DNA of 63,745 nt from a virus. Lineage: Duplodnaviria; Caudoviricetes. Under the pieces are notes generated by a model. It was not told where the DNA came from. It made no database searches and saw nothing but the letters and a program-made list of their open reading frames with translations. The stretch lies in the IMG/VR virus record IMGVR_UViG_3300046723_000060, positions 1 through 63,745 of that record; one strand, given 5' to 3'. The position numbers and the translations under genes were made by a program. Positions 36,476 through 47,853 of the stretch are shown here, piece after piece. Every line of letters starts with the position of its first letter. Positions within the stretch are counted from its first letter, which is position 1.

Positions 36476-38520
36476 ATGAGTAAACTACATACTGAACTGG
36501 CAAGCGTTCTAGTCAATGGCAAGCTACCGTCATATGCATGGCCAGGTGGCTATCCTATGTATTACTTGGATGGCGAGAATAGCGTACTGTGCCCGGTATG
36601 CGCTGAGAAGTCTAATGATGATGAGATTCCTCAATTCCGACCAGTAGCCTATGGCGTGAACTGGGAGGATGCCAGCATGTTCTGTGATAGCTGCTGCAAG
36701 AGGATCGAATCAGCTTACGCTGAGGTTAGAACGTTTAACGCTGTTAGTACACTTTAGAGAATGGAGACAATATGAGCAAGCAATGGCACGACATGACCGA
36801 GCTGGAATATCAGCGGTCCAAGGTTACATCCTACACTGGCGGCGCAACGTGGATTAGAACGCCATGGAATACGTTTTGGGTTGCCTATGGCACGCCTATT
36901 GATATTCGCAAGGAATTGCAGCAAGGCACAGTGCGGGTAGAAGTATTCCAGCAATGGCATGATGCAACGGTATTAGCTTAAGTATTGCTCCTGCCCATTA
37001 GCAATAGTGGGCGGTATGGAGTACTTAAAGCAATAGGAGGCAACCTATGGACACACTAACAGCTGTAAGGACGTTCGCCAAACCGGGATATTCTCCGGCA
37101 AAGCGTACGCGCATTGAGGACAGCAAGTATTACCTCGTACGTATGCAGAATACGGAACGGGACCAAGGGGACGGTTATTACTTGGCAGAGGGAGAATATC
37201 GCGAATTGCTTCCTGGTGCAGCTGCACGTGCGCGTCGCGATGCCAAGTTGAATCACTGCAATGCAGTGGTGGAATGGAATGGGCCCGTGTTCGCAGTCCT
37301 TACCTCGTCTTATGGCCATTGGGATACGTCGCGCAAACCTAAGTATGCCGGCAGTCAAGCAGAGGCTAATGCGTATGTGATAGAGGCACGCGCGGCACAC
37401 GCCAAGTGGCTAGCAGACTGTGAGAAAGCATTAGTGGGTTATGAGGCAGCATACGCGAAAGATCCATCTGAATGGCGTGCGGGTAGTGTACGGGATTGCA
37501 AGCGAGTTATTGCAGAGAATCAGGACACATTCAGGTTTGAGGTATTGCAGGTACGTAACGCGTAACGGGGAATGCGCGGGAGTTTATATCCGGTAGTACC
37601 GTACCAGCAGCGGGGAATGGCTGGAACTAGAATAGAGGCTCAATATGACTAAGAAGCACTTTATCGCACTGGCGGATGTTTTAATCGCGTTACGGGAGGA
37701 TGCAATGGAGGATAAGTCTACTCCTCAAATACGGACAGGGAGGCTCGACCAATGGGGACGTATACGTAACGCATTGGGAGACTTCTGTGCCGCACAGAAT
37801 CCGCGTTTCAATCGGGATCGTTGGCTGGGCTATATTGCTGGCACTAACGGCCGCAATGGTGGAAAGGTTAAGGTGTAATCATGCGAATCTCAAGAGAAGT
37901 AGCGTTAACTTGTAAGCATTGCGGCGATGTGCTCACCTATGACCAAGGTGTGCTCGTAGATACTACAGGAGGCGACGTATGCGGCATCGCTAGCGTTAAT
38001 GGACCAGGAACAAACAATGATAATCGACCACATGAACTAACAGTAGAAACGGCAATGCTCACAGTTATTTACAATCAGATAAGGGGGAAGTTATGCGTCA
38101 AGTAATCTCTCGTGAAGTAGCGTTAACCGAGGCGTACCTCGATCATCAGGCACAGCTATCGCAGCCGTCATTTCCGCGAGTACAGGCGAGCGTATGGCCG
38201 GATGTGGTGGGAACTGTGCTGGGGATCGTGGGCTTTGTGATGCTGGTAGTGGAGTATTGGAGGGCGTGGTGAGTATTCATATGAAAAGGAAAGTTCAAGT
38301 AGACGGACTAACCCTTCCATTGTCGCGCTCGATTCTAGGATGGGTAGCGATCTTCGGCAAGGATTACATCGTTTATTTTAAGCAGAATAGCAGCGGCAAA
38401 TGGATTGTCCGCAGACCGAGAGCGCTTGAGCCTATCGCTGTAACCGATACCTTGGATACTGCGCTAGTAATTGCTAATCGACATTGGAAAGAAGTGAGAG
38501 CACCGGAGGAACGCACATGA
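36476..38520 (+). other. Cluster of small early hypothetical CDSs (36476-36757, 36772-36981, 37047-37565, 37645-37878, 37881-38105, 38093-38272, 38281-38520)
   Basis: Co-oriented short ORFs with RBSs; 38093-38272 translated manually (59 aa, C-terminal TM). Confidence 0.65.
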
Positions 38521-39089
38521 ACACTAAACTAGTCTCAGAATCACTCAAGGGAATTGTCATGGCTATCGGCCTAGTACTGCTGCTTTTCAGCATGGCTATA
38601 CTGGCACCGGAGAGCCGGGGAGACACCATTAAAGTGTCTACGATTGCCTCAGAACTAGACACTGAAAGTGTGCTACCGCTGGCTGGGGGTGTTGACGTAC
38701 AGCTTGCTGGTAACCTCATACAAGCGCAGAACGCGGCATGGGGTAAACAATGGTTTGAGGGGAGTCTGGAACTGTCTATAGAGAGCGTGCTTAAGGCTAT
38801 CGGACTCTATGTCTGGGATGGTGGGCCCACTGAGATTACCAAAGATCAGACTGCGTTTCAGGTTGTGTGGATACAGAGCCACATTGCCATTGATCCGAGG
38901 CTTACTGTTGAGTTTGATACGACGGCTATCAACTTTGGGGAGGTACCAGTATCTACACCTGAGCCTATGACGTTCGTACTAGTGCTGATGGGCCTGGTAT
39001 GGCTGGGTGTAGTGAGGTGGAGTAATAGGCAGAGTATGGCGGATCGCATCGTGGAGCGCGTACGTGCTTATAAGGGGATGCAGCCATGA
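38517..39089 (+). CDS. Exported protein with a PEP-CTERM-like sorting signal
   Basis: N-terminal hydrophobic signal; C-terminal STPEPMTFVLVLMGLVWLGVVRW followed by basic residues. Confidence 0.7.
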   Translation: MNTKLVSESLKGIVMAIGLVLLLFSMAILAPESRGDTIKVSTIASELDTESVLPLAGGVDVQLAGNLIQAQNAAWGKQWFEGSLELSIESVLKAIGLYVWDGGPTEITKDQTAFQVVWIQSHIAIDPRLTVEFDTTAINFGEVPVSTPEPMTFVLVLMGLVWLGVVRWSNRQSMADRIVERVRAYKGMQP

Positions 39090-40675
39090 CAAACAAACAC
39101 AGAATCGTTTGCACTTGTAATCCGAAATGCTCAAGCGTGGAGTACTGTGACGGATGGAAGTGTGAGAATTGCAACAATATGGCACACCTAGACGGATTTC
39201 ATCCTTGCGACGAACACGGCCGCGAGATGGAACCAGTGGACGGATGGAATGGCTTATACGTGTGCGGTAGGTGCGCCAATGTCTACGAACAACGAACTGG
39301 CAAGCGTTATCTCACCACAGAAGATGTGGCAGCAGGGGTACGGGCAGGGCAGTAGAGGTAAGAGACGGTTAAGGAGGCAACCATGAGGTCGATACTGAAA
39401 GGATTCACTACGCAAGTAGAAGCAAACGCCTTTGGCAAAGAGCTGCCAAGGCCCACACTTAGATCGTGGCATATTAACCGTGAGAAGTCTGGACACATGC
39501 GCTACGTAGTTGCCACTGATACAGAAAGAGTTGCTAGCGTCTATACCGAATCAAATGCTCGTCTAATCGCAGCGGTGCCGGACCTTTTAGACTTAGTATG
39601 CGCCTTTGAAAGCTACTTGGAAGATAACAGTCAAAGCGAGCGGCGCCGTGCTCATTGCTTGGCAGAAATAAAGAATGTTCTCGACAAAGCTATAGGGTAG
39701 AGGCAGGGCAGTAGAGATAAGAGACGGTTAAGAACGATTTGACGGTTTAGGGAGGCAACCATGAGTACGATTGAGAAGGGGAAGTATATGCATACACCAG
39801 GGCCGTGGTTTGTAGGCACGGGATGGATAGGTGCCGGTGAGATCAGGGAAGGCCGTGTCATTGCTCGGGTGGATAACTACCCATACGGTGACAGTGAAGC
39901 TAACATCCGACTCTTAGCAGCGGCACCGGAGTTGCTGGAGGCTTTGCGGTCTGCAATTAAAGTACTGCGGTGGGCAGGTGGTAATGAAGAACGTGTCTAT
40001 GATGCAGCAGTGGCTGCAATCGCCAAAGCCGAGGGGCGACCATGAGATACGGAGGCAAGGAGGCAACCATGAATACGACAGTAGAACTGACACAAGAGCG
40101 AGTGAGCAACTATGTTGCAAGGGGAGGCGTGCGCTGTCCGTTCTGTGATAGCGAGGACGTGGGTGGAGGATTTATCTCCATTGAGCCGGGAGTGGCGACA
40201 CAGCTAGTAAATTGCTCTAGCTGCGACAAGGAATGGACAGATATTTATAAGTTGCATGACATTCAGGTGCAGTCATGAGATACGGAGGCTCGATCAGAGC
40301 GTACCAAGCTGGTGAACATGAGCTGGCAGACCTGCTAGCGGACGTAGACAGTGAGGATGTGCTGGTCTATATGCCGCATACGGACGATACGGGGGATATA
40401 CGGAGGCTGGCTGAGGCATGGGCACAAGAGGAGGGGTTGACGTCATGGGAGAACTGACATTATTCGTAGCACAATTTGAATCCTCAAACTTTGAGTTTGA
40501 AGGATTCGGAACCAGTGACAAGGCTGCCAGAAAATCCTTGTTACGTGTGCTACGGACGCATTGTAAGCAACGTGGTGCCAAACTGAAAGAGTTCTACTAT
40601 CCAGATGAAGTGTTCGTGCGTGAAGTACGGACAGGAGACGGATTTATAGACAAAGAGAAAATATGCGCGTCCTGA
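39086..40675 (+). other. Cluster of small early CDSs (39086-39355, 39383-39700, 39761-40045, 40069-40278, 40275-40457, 40445-40675)
   Basis: Cys-rich Zn-binding ORFs; two ORFs share N(A/I)RL(I/L)AA.P(D/E)LL. Confidence 0.65.
39343..39732 (+). repeat. 31-bp direct repeat (39343-39373 and 39702-39732) flanking gene 39383-39700
   Basis: GGCAGGGCAGTAGAG(G/A)TAAGAGACGGTTAAG, one mismatch. Confidence 0.9.
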
Positions 40676-41226
40676 TTGCATGTGAATTCAGCGGGATTGT
40701 GCGTGAGGCTTTCATTGAACGTGGACATAATGCTATGTCTGTCGATTTATTGGACAGCGAGCAATCAGGCCCGAATCATATCGTTGGAGATATATTAGAT
40801 TTCCTGTCGCGCACGCAGGTGAAATGGGATCTGATGATTGCGTTTCCACCTTGTACACACTTAGCAGTAAGTGGAGCCCGCTGGTTCAGTGGAAAACAGA
40901 TAGAGCAACGCAAGGCGCGAGGGTTCTTTCTGGATCTAATACATGCGAACGTGCCCCGTGTGGCGATAGAGAATCCCATTGGAATAATGAGCACGCAATA
41001 TCGCAAGCCGGATCAGATTATTCATCCTTGGCAGTTTGGACATGGAGAAACAAAGGCAACATGCCTGTGGCTTAAAGAGCTGCCCAGACTAGTACCTACA
41101 AACGTGGTGGAAGGACGTCATGCGCGGGTACACAGAGAGCCGCCGTCACCAGACAGATGGAAGAATCGCAGCAGGACTTATACAGGTATTGCTAAGGCAA
41201 TGGCTGAGCAATGGGGAGGATTGTGA
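40663..41226 (+). CDS. Phage cytosine DNA methyltransferase-like protein (short form)
   Basis: MRVLIACEFSG.VR.AF, AFPPCTHL, IENP.G, RS.TY.GIA.AMAEQWG. Confidence 0.8.
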   Translation: MRVLIACEFSGIVREAFIERGHNAMSVDLLDSEQSGPNHIVGDILDFLSRTQVKWDLMIAFPPCTHLAVSGARWFSGKQIEQRKARGFFLDLIHANVPRVAIENPIGIMSTQYRKPDQIIHPWQFGHGETKATCLWLKELPRLVPTNVVEGRHARVHREPPSPDRWKNRSRTYTGIAKAMAEQWGGL

Positions 41227-42909
41227 TGGGAAAACTAGGTATCGAGACGCAGGTTGAAGGCGATCGTGGCTCTACGGGGCTGGAAACGGCCTCTACGGGC
41301 CATCAGGACGCCTTCCAGGCATTGCTTGAGCATACCTACAGGCTCCTGAACCGGCCGGCACTGCATAGCCATCGCTGTTCTGTTTGCCATTTGGAGAGGA
41401 TCTGCTGCCAGCAACCGTGTACTTACAGGGCTACGGATCTGGAGCGGGATTACCGCTGCGGGTGTGAGGAGGCGCGATGAAAGTTGTGATAAATGCCTGT
41501 TACGGGGGATTCAGCCTATCACCGCGAGCGGTCAAGAGATTGGCAGAGCTAAATGGTAGAGAATGCTATTTCTTTACCTTCCAGCGTAATCCGCTAGACT
41601 TCGACATTCGTATTCCTGCGACAGTTGAAGAACTGGAACTGGAAAACGACAGGATTGGCATGTGGTCTGCCTTCGATATTCCTAACCCTAATGAGGTCAT
41701 TGGCAAAGCCTTCCGTGGAAAGGACGAATTTAACGAACGCTATAAGAAACACTCATTGCCCAATGATGGAGGCGTTGAACGTAACGATCCTAAACTCATT
41801 CAGGTAATCGAGGAATTAGGAGCTGGACACCGTACCGGAGCCAGCGGTCCTTGCGCGGACCTGCGTATCGTAGAGATTCCCGATGGTACAGACTACGAGA
41901 TTCAGGAATACGACGGACTTGAGCATGTGGCAGAGAGACATAGAACTTGGAGTTAAAGGAGGCATGATGAGCTATGACCCTAAGTGTGAGGAATTAGCAC
42001 TCTACTTTGCGCCTAAAGCTAAAGGGGAACGCCTTAAATATCTGTCACAGTTGATCCAGGACACCATTGAACAAGAAACCGGACCACATGCTCATGAGTG
42101 CCAGCAATGCGGGAAGGTTATGGAAGATGATTGTGATTGTGATAACCCTGACCGTATGACCTGGTGCTCCAGCTCCTGCAGGGAGGCATTTGACCTATGA
42201 AAGTCCTCATGTACGTCGGAGGTAACGCTCCTAGCCGCGATTCAGAACTGACTGTAAGTGGAGACTTCCACCACTTCACCGCCTATTACGCTCCCGGCTA
42301 TGACGTCTGCGAAGATCCTGAATGTGAGTGCCGGCAACGGATTATCACTGGCTCAGGCACTACGGAAGCTGAGGCCATTGCCGACTATTGGGAGAAGTGG
42401 GAGGACCAATGCCAGCCTTAACCAAGCAAGAGAAACGCGATCTCTGGCTCCATGCCGTCGATTGCGCGAATGAAGCCTTGAGTGGCAAGAATAAGGGCCG
42501 CACAGCCTATGAGGATGTGTACAAGCTGGTGGTGAAGGAATACTTGAAATGGAAGATGCAATCTCTAAAGGTCGAAGGGAGAGACTGAAATGTTAACTCT
42601 ATATCGCAAGACAATGGACTGGTTATATTGCCGATTGGGATTATATGCGCCAGAACGTTGTGTGTTTTGCGGGACGCATACGACCAGTGCTCTGCCATAC
42701 GAAGTGAATCAATATGGCTGGCCATGCTGCACGGATTGCGAGCCTATGCAATGAGCTACGATCCGAAATGCAGAGACTTAGCAGAGTATTTTCTGGCTGA
42801 TGAAGAACATTCGCAAGAAGAAGTCACATGGTTAGCGCAAGAGATACAGGATTCAATCGAACGTTGGTTTGAGCCGCGAGAATCAAGACCAAAAGATGTA
42901 ACGCCATGA
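41226..42909 (+). other. Cluster of small early CDSs (41226-41480, 41477-41956, 41967-42200, 42197-42421, 42409-42588, 42751-42909)
   Basis: 41477 has the common phage pattern KVVINACYGGF.LS..EYDG.E.V.E; 41967 and 42751 are paralogs (MSYDPKC..LA.YF). Confidence 0.6.
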
Positions 42910-42956
42910 GCAGCGCTGGTGGTGAAGCAGTATCTGAAGTGGAAACGGAAAGAAAT

Positions 42957-43712
42957 ATGATTTACGTAGCTTTTGGCGGGGGCATCAACTCAACAGCTAT
43001 GTTAGTAGGAATGTTACAGCGCGGATTTTGGCAACGTGCAATTTGGCCTAAATGGGTTGTTTTTGCCGATACAGGAGGAGAGAAACCGGAAACATATCGT
43101 CATGTGGATTTGGTAGAACAATGGCTTAAAGATACTGGAGATTTGGAACTCCATCGAGTTAAGAAGGATTCCATGTATGAAAGTCTGGAAGATGAGTGCT
43201 TGCGAAATAATACTCTCCCCGCGCTCGCATTCGGATGGCGATCTTGCTCTGACAAGTGGAAACAGGCTCCGCAGCAGAAGTTTATGAATCACGACGAACA
43301 GGCGAAGGAGATTTGGGCGTCTGGCGGCAAGATTATAAAGGCTATCGGCTTTGGCGTAGATGAGCTACATAGAGCCAAGCCTTATGAAGACGAAAAGTAC
43401 CGCAACTGGTATCCACTAATTGACTGGAAATGGAACCGAAACGATTGCATCGAAGCAATCAAGCGAGCAGGACTGCCAGTTCCACCTAAAAGTAGCTGTT
43501 TCTATTGTCCCGCTATGCGGAAGTCAGAGATTGTACAACTCTCGAAAGATAACCCCGCACTCTACGCTCGCGCTCTAGCGATGGAAGAAAACGCAACAGC
43601 GGCGCATACGATCAAGGGATTAGGCAGGTCATTTTCGTGGAAGGAATTAGTTGGGCCGGAAGTGATCGAACAAGTTTGCATGTGTTTTGATGGAGAGTGC
43701 AGCAGTATCTGA
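42957..43712 (+). CDS. PAPS reductase-family (adenine nucleotide alpha-hydrolase) protein
   Basis: AFGGGINSTAM PP-loop-like, FADTGGEKPETY, YPL, PPKSSCFYCP. Confidence 0.8.
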   Translation: MIYVAFGGGINSTAMLVGMLQRGFWQRAIWPKWVVFADTGGEKPETYRHVDLVEQWLKDTGDLELHRVKKDSMYESLEDECLRNNTLPALAFGWRSCSDKWKQAPQQKFMNHDEQAKEIWASGGKIIKAIGFGVDELHRAKPYEDEKYRNWYPLIDWKWNRNDCIEAIKRAGLPVPPKSSCFYCPAMRKSEIVQLSKDNPALYARALAMEENATAAHTIKGLGRSFSWKELVGPEVIEQVCMCFDGECSSI

Positions 43713-43725
43713 AGTGGAGAAAGCG

Positions 43726-45301
43726 ATGAGTAACGAAAAGTTATTCACCTTTAGTTGTTCTTGTTGTGAGCGTGGAATTGCAGCGCGTGGACCAAGCCGA
43801 ATACGTTGTTTGGTCAAGTTACATTCGCTTGGATGGGCCAGCACTTCCATGGAACACCCTGAAAGTTCGCGGCATATTTGTCCTGGTTGTGCAAAAACGC
43901 ATAAGACATTTTCTCCTGGTCGCGCATTCAAGCACAGCGTATTTGCGGAGATGGGGAGCATGATTAATTCGGTGAAGGTCAAGCCATGAAGCGGAGCGAT
44001 AAAGCCAAAGCGGGGCCGAAGTTTCGTGTGGGGCAGGTGCTACGAGTATGCAGAACATATTTCCGCATCTATCGCCGCCACTATTCTGCTGATCGTTGCG
44101 CTTCATGGGATAACGGCTGGTATTACGAAGATGACTCCGGAAGCATTTACAGTGAACATGCTGTGCGCCCACTCACCGCTCGTGAATCCGGCCAGCGCCA
44201 GCGAAAGGGGAAGGAATGCTAAGCGAACTTTTCAGCTTGTTACGTTGTTGCCTAGGTCTACACGAATGGAGACCGTGGCTTCCAGCAAATGACGACTATA
44301 AGCGCAGGAGATTTTGTGCTCGTTGTCCGAAGATGCAGGTGACTGCCGAGCGCCAAGCCAAGGGAGAACAGCGATGAGCGACCCGACATACGTTAAAGAT
44401 GTGATTCAAGCCAATCCGATCTGGGAACTTGCGTTTTCTCTATCGGAAATTATGAACGACAACGCGCCAATCGGATGGTCGAAGTATATTTTTCCGGCAG
44501 AATGCCTACTGGCGCATTACGAGATGAAGCGCAAGGTGCAGCGATGAGCGACCCTTATGTAATGGATGTTACGTCCTACAGCGACAAGATTCCAGGTGAT
44601 AAGCACAATTACGAATGGGCTGTGCGCTTCGATAATACCGGACCAGCGGATTACGTGCATGAGCCGGGATATATTGGCGTGACACAGTTCGATGAAAAGG
44701 GGAACGTCAAAGAACGTGTGTTGCTCTCTCCTAAGCAAATGGATGCACTGATTAAATTCAGCCATAAAGTGAGGAAGCCATGAGCGAGGGGAAGCAGGAA
44801 GGCACATTCAACGAGTACTGGGCAAAGAATGCAATGGACACTAAAGTTTGGGAAGTATTCGAGAAGGGTAATTTATATGCCGTAGCCCAATGGGGATGGA
44901 ATGCCGCCCGCCAAGCGAACCAGCCACAGGAGAAAGCGCAACCGGAGATGGAAGTAACCTACCTGCGATTCAAGGAATACCCAGATTGCATGCATCACAG
45001 CGACGGCTACATTTGTGGCCCGTGTACTCGGCGTAGTGTTGGCGAAATGTTACAAGCAGCCTTCCAGCGCGGCCAGCAGGCAATGGCTGAGAAGGCGGCG
45101 CAGCTACGTGAAGTGTTAGAAGCCCTAGTAGAACATGCCCCAGAAAGTTGCGGGGATTCAGATTGTGATTGCTTGCACTATAAAACTGCGCTTAGCGATG
45201 CACGTTCCGTGTTGGCCGCCGAGCCACCGCAGGGAGAAGCGGAGAGCGAACGTCCCAGCAACCACACCAGCGTACAACGCGCAGTGACCGGCGAGGATTG
45301 A
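43726..45301 (+). other. Cluster of small hypothetical CDSs (43726-43989, 43986-44222, 44374-44547, 44544-44783, 44780-45301)
   Basis: Several ATGA-overlapping junctions. Confidence 0.55.
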
Positions 45302-45461
45302 TACTAGTACTCTGAAGAAAAAGCGAAGACTTAGTTCGCCTTTTGTTCTCTCTTAAAGTAATACTTTAACATTTCTAACCTACTGAAAACGCGAAACTTT
45401 AAGTTCTTTAGAATCTGTGAGAGGTGTAATAGTAGTATTTTAAGAAGACACCAAGGTGTAG

Positions 45462-46259
45462 TCATTGAACGGGACCTTTCCTAATACACCTCTCACTGAA
45501 ACTAAAAGACTTAGAGGCTATTTTTGTAAGGTCATTTTCAGTCGTTTTCCGCTCAAAAGTAAGTGTTCCAGCTCGATCAAACTTACCTTCGATTTCCATT
45601 CGCCTTCCAGCCTTAGGGCAAACATAGAGAATACGCCTAGGGTCGTCGGCCGCGGTAGGATCCTTGCGCTCGATTAAGAGCACAGTAGAGCTGTAATAGC
45701 CCCATGCAGAGACGCCGGAGACGCGCTGGCGAGCATCCTGGTAACGTTCCTGTGGTTTTAGCTTGGGGGACTCCACAACACCTAGAATGGTCAGCCCTTG
45801 CGGGAAATCCTTAGATACCTCGGTATAGCAGCTCATTTCGTCTAGGAACGCTGTTACCTGGTAGGAGAGGCCGGGAGGCTCGATATATCTCTGGAAGGCT
45901 TCTATGACGGCGAAACGGGCGCCACTCTTGGCTATGGCTTCCATCAGCTGGCGCTTGGTCTTGCGGTCCTTACCGAATGCCGGAATGATCGGAACCTCGC
46001 CTGGATCTATGCCCATATCGACTAGCGTGCGGTGAGCCGTGCGTTCCGTGCGATCGCCAGCCACGTAGACCCATGGCACAGGATAGGACTTACAGCCTAC
46101 TACTGCGTTGCCCTGCTGCCATTCTAGGAGCCAGCTGAATAGCCAGCGAGTCTTGCCAGCGTCAGATGTGCCAGCCAGTAAGTGAACCTCTTGGGTTGGT
46201 AGAAACGGATCAATGATGAATGGTTGTGGGTCTTCAATAAGGTCAGGCTGGTCAGTCAT
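45462..46259 (-). CDS. AAA_25/RepA-like (RecA-fold) helicase-type ATPase
   Basis: FIIDPFLP..EVHLLAG.SDAGKT Walker A; RVSGVSAW; GGAG RBS. Confidence 0.75.
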   Translation of the reverse strand: MTDQPDLIEDPQPFIIDPFLPTQEVHLLAGTSDAGKTRWLFSWLLEWQQGNAVVGCKSYPVPWVYVAGDRTERTAHRTLVDMGIDPGEVPIIPAFGKDRKTKRQLMEAIAKSGARFAVIEAFQRYIEPPGLSYQVTAFLDEMSCYTEVSKDFPQGLTILGVVESPKLKPQERYQDARQRVSGVSAWGYYSSTVLLIERKDPTAADDPRRILYVCPKAGRRMEIEGKFDRAGTLTFERKTTENDLTKIASKSFSFSERCIRKGPVQ

Positions 46260-46355
46260 TTATTCTCCATAAGTGTGAAGGGCCAGCCTGGAGAAAGCCG
46301 ACCCTTCCACCTGATTCCGTTGGTCAACGGGCGAGACCGCGAATCTCGCGGCTAC

Positions 46356-46383
46356 ATGATACACGGCATTACAGATTTATCAA
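46356..46383 (-). promoter_or_regulatory. Possible promoter for the helicase-like gene
   Basis: TTGATA-16 bp-TATCAT. Confidence 0.45.
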
Positions 46384-46726
46384 GACTGAAAATGGATACC
46401 ATTAGTGGTGTGCAAGAGCACTTACAAGCCTCTACATCTTGTTGTAGCGTGAGCTATAAAACGATGCTATGGTCGCTCACCTCGGAGGCATCCCGTGTTT
46501 GAAATCCCCAATAAATGCCCAGTATGTGGCTTCACTGGCCTACTTCCTACCTACGTTCGCCAACCGTGGATAGTGAAACTCTTTGCTAAATGGATGCGAA
46601 AACCAGCGCCACAAGACTTTATGGCGGTAACCTGTACCGAGTGCCGATATAAATTTGCAGTACTGCCCACTGTGCTATCAAATATCCCTTGACTTATGCA
46701 CCGTAGTGTGCCACAGTGTGTACACC

Positions 46727-46897
46727 ATGAGTACAAAGAAGAAAGGCGCGTTACCGTACAGACTACCCATTCTCAGATGTAAGCGCTGTAAGCATGAATG
46801 GCATCCAAGGAGTAATCATCGGCCCGTAAGGTGTGGGAAGTGTAAGAGTCCGTATTGGGATAGGGAGCCGGCAGGGTTAGCTGAACAAGCATCATGA
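46727..46897 (+). CDS. Small Zn-ribbon protein
   Basis: RCKRCKHEW.PR...PVRCGKCKSPYWD. Confidence 0.7.
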   Translation: MSTKKKGALPYRLPILRCKRCKHEWHPRSNHRPVRCGKCKSPYWDREPAGLAEQAS

Positions 46898-46914
46898 GGG
46901 TTAAAGGAGGCAAC

Positions 46915-47458
46915 ATGAAGCTGACAGGTAAGGTAGTCACCATCGAATCTGGGGACAGTTACACCGATAAGCTCGAACGGATTGTTATTCGTTTCGATCA
47001 GGCCGACAGTTGTTACCGAGACGTTCGCATTGCCAACACCGATGGGTATTACCTGAATGATATCGTCGAAGTGAATACTGTTTTATTGCCCAAAGTAGCT
47101 CGCGCCGCGTCTTAACCCCATGGGACACCACGTTAACCATAAGAAATCTAAGCCACAGGTTGCTCATAAGAGGACGGTGGCTGCGAGACCTAAGGTTAAG
47201 CGTGATGTCTCCTGCCAGCCAAGCGGTTCCGTTATGACCCCTCGAGAGCCGCTGGCTGGCCTTAGTTTAACAGATGCCGAATGGGATAGCTTGTTCTGCA
47301 TGGCGGTGAGGCACCACTTCGAGAGCGAGCAGGTGTGGGTACCGTCAGTGTTACGGACCATGGCGTTGCTTGAGGGTATTAACGATAAGACGGGACGGCC
47401 ATGCAGGATATACGTTCGCCCTGGGAAGCGTGTACTGATCGTTGAGACCTTATCGTGA
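46915..47458 (+). other. Two hypothetical CDSs (46915-47115, 47120-47458)
   Basis: First ORF has a GGAGGCAAC RBS. Confidence 0.6.
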
Positions 47459-47853
47459 TTAAATTCGAGTTCTTCGTAGCAGGTGTCCCTCAAAGTAAGC
47501 AGTACAGACAAACTAAGTTTGGAGTCATTTACAGTAAGGGAAAAGTAGTCGCTTGGGAGAAAGCAATAGCCATGGCAGCGCTAGTAGCAGCGGGAGCAGG
47601 ATATAAGGCGGCAATAGGAGCGTGTTCGTTGTGGCTGGACTTCTACTTTCCTATCCCCAAGTCACGTAAGGAGCTTACACCCGGTATGCCGCACTTGCAG
47701 GACCCTGATACCACGAACTTGCTGAAGGCTGCCGAGGACGGCCTGAAACGAGTGTTGTTCGTGGATGACAACCTAGTGTGGAGAACGATGTGTAGTAAAG
47801 CGTGGTGTGAGGCGGGGAAAGAGGGAGTACAGGTAGTGGTGACCATAGAATGA
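47455..47853 (+). CDS. rusA: RusA-family Holliday junction resolvase
   Basis: G.PQSKQ, PDTTNLLKAAEDGL....FVDDNLV. Confidence 0.85.
   Translation: MIKFEFFVAGVPQSKQYRQTKFGVIYSKGKVVAWEKAIAMAALVAAGAGYKAAIGACSLWLDFYFPIPKSRKELTPGMPHLQDPDTTNLLKAAEDGLKRVLFVDDNLVWRTMCSKAWCEAGKEGVQVVVTIE

Noticed and set aside
42415-42440. Possible gapped self-target of array units 38-41 (AC AA CA GA)
   Set aside because: Only four dinucleotides match and the flanks do not, which is expected by chance
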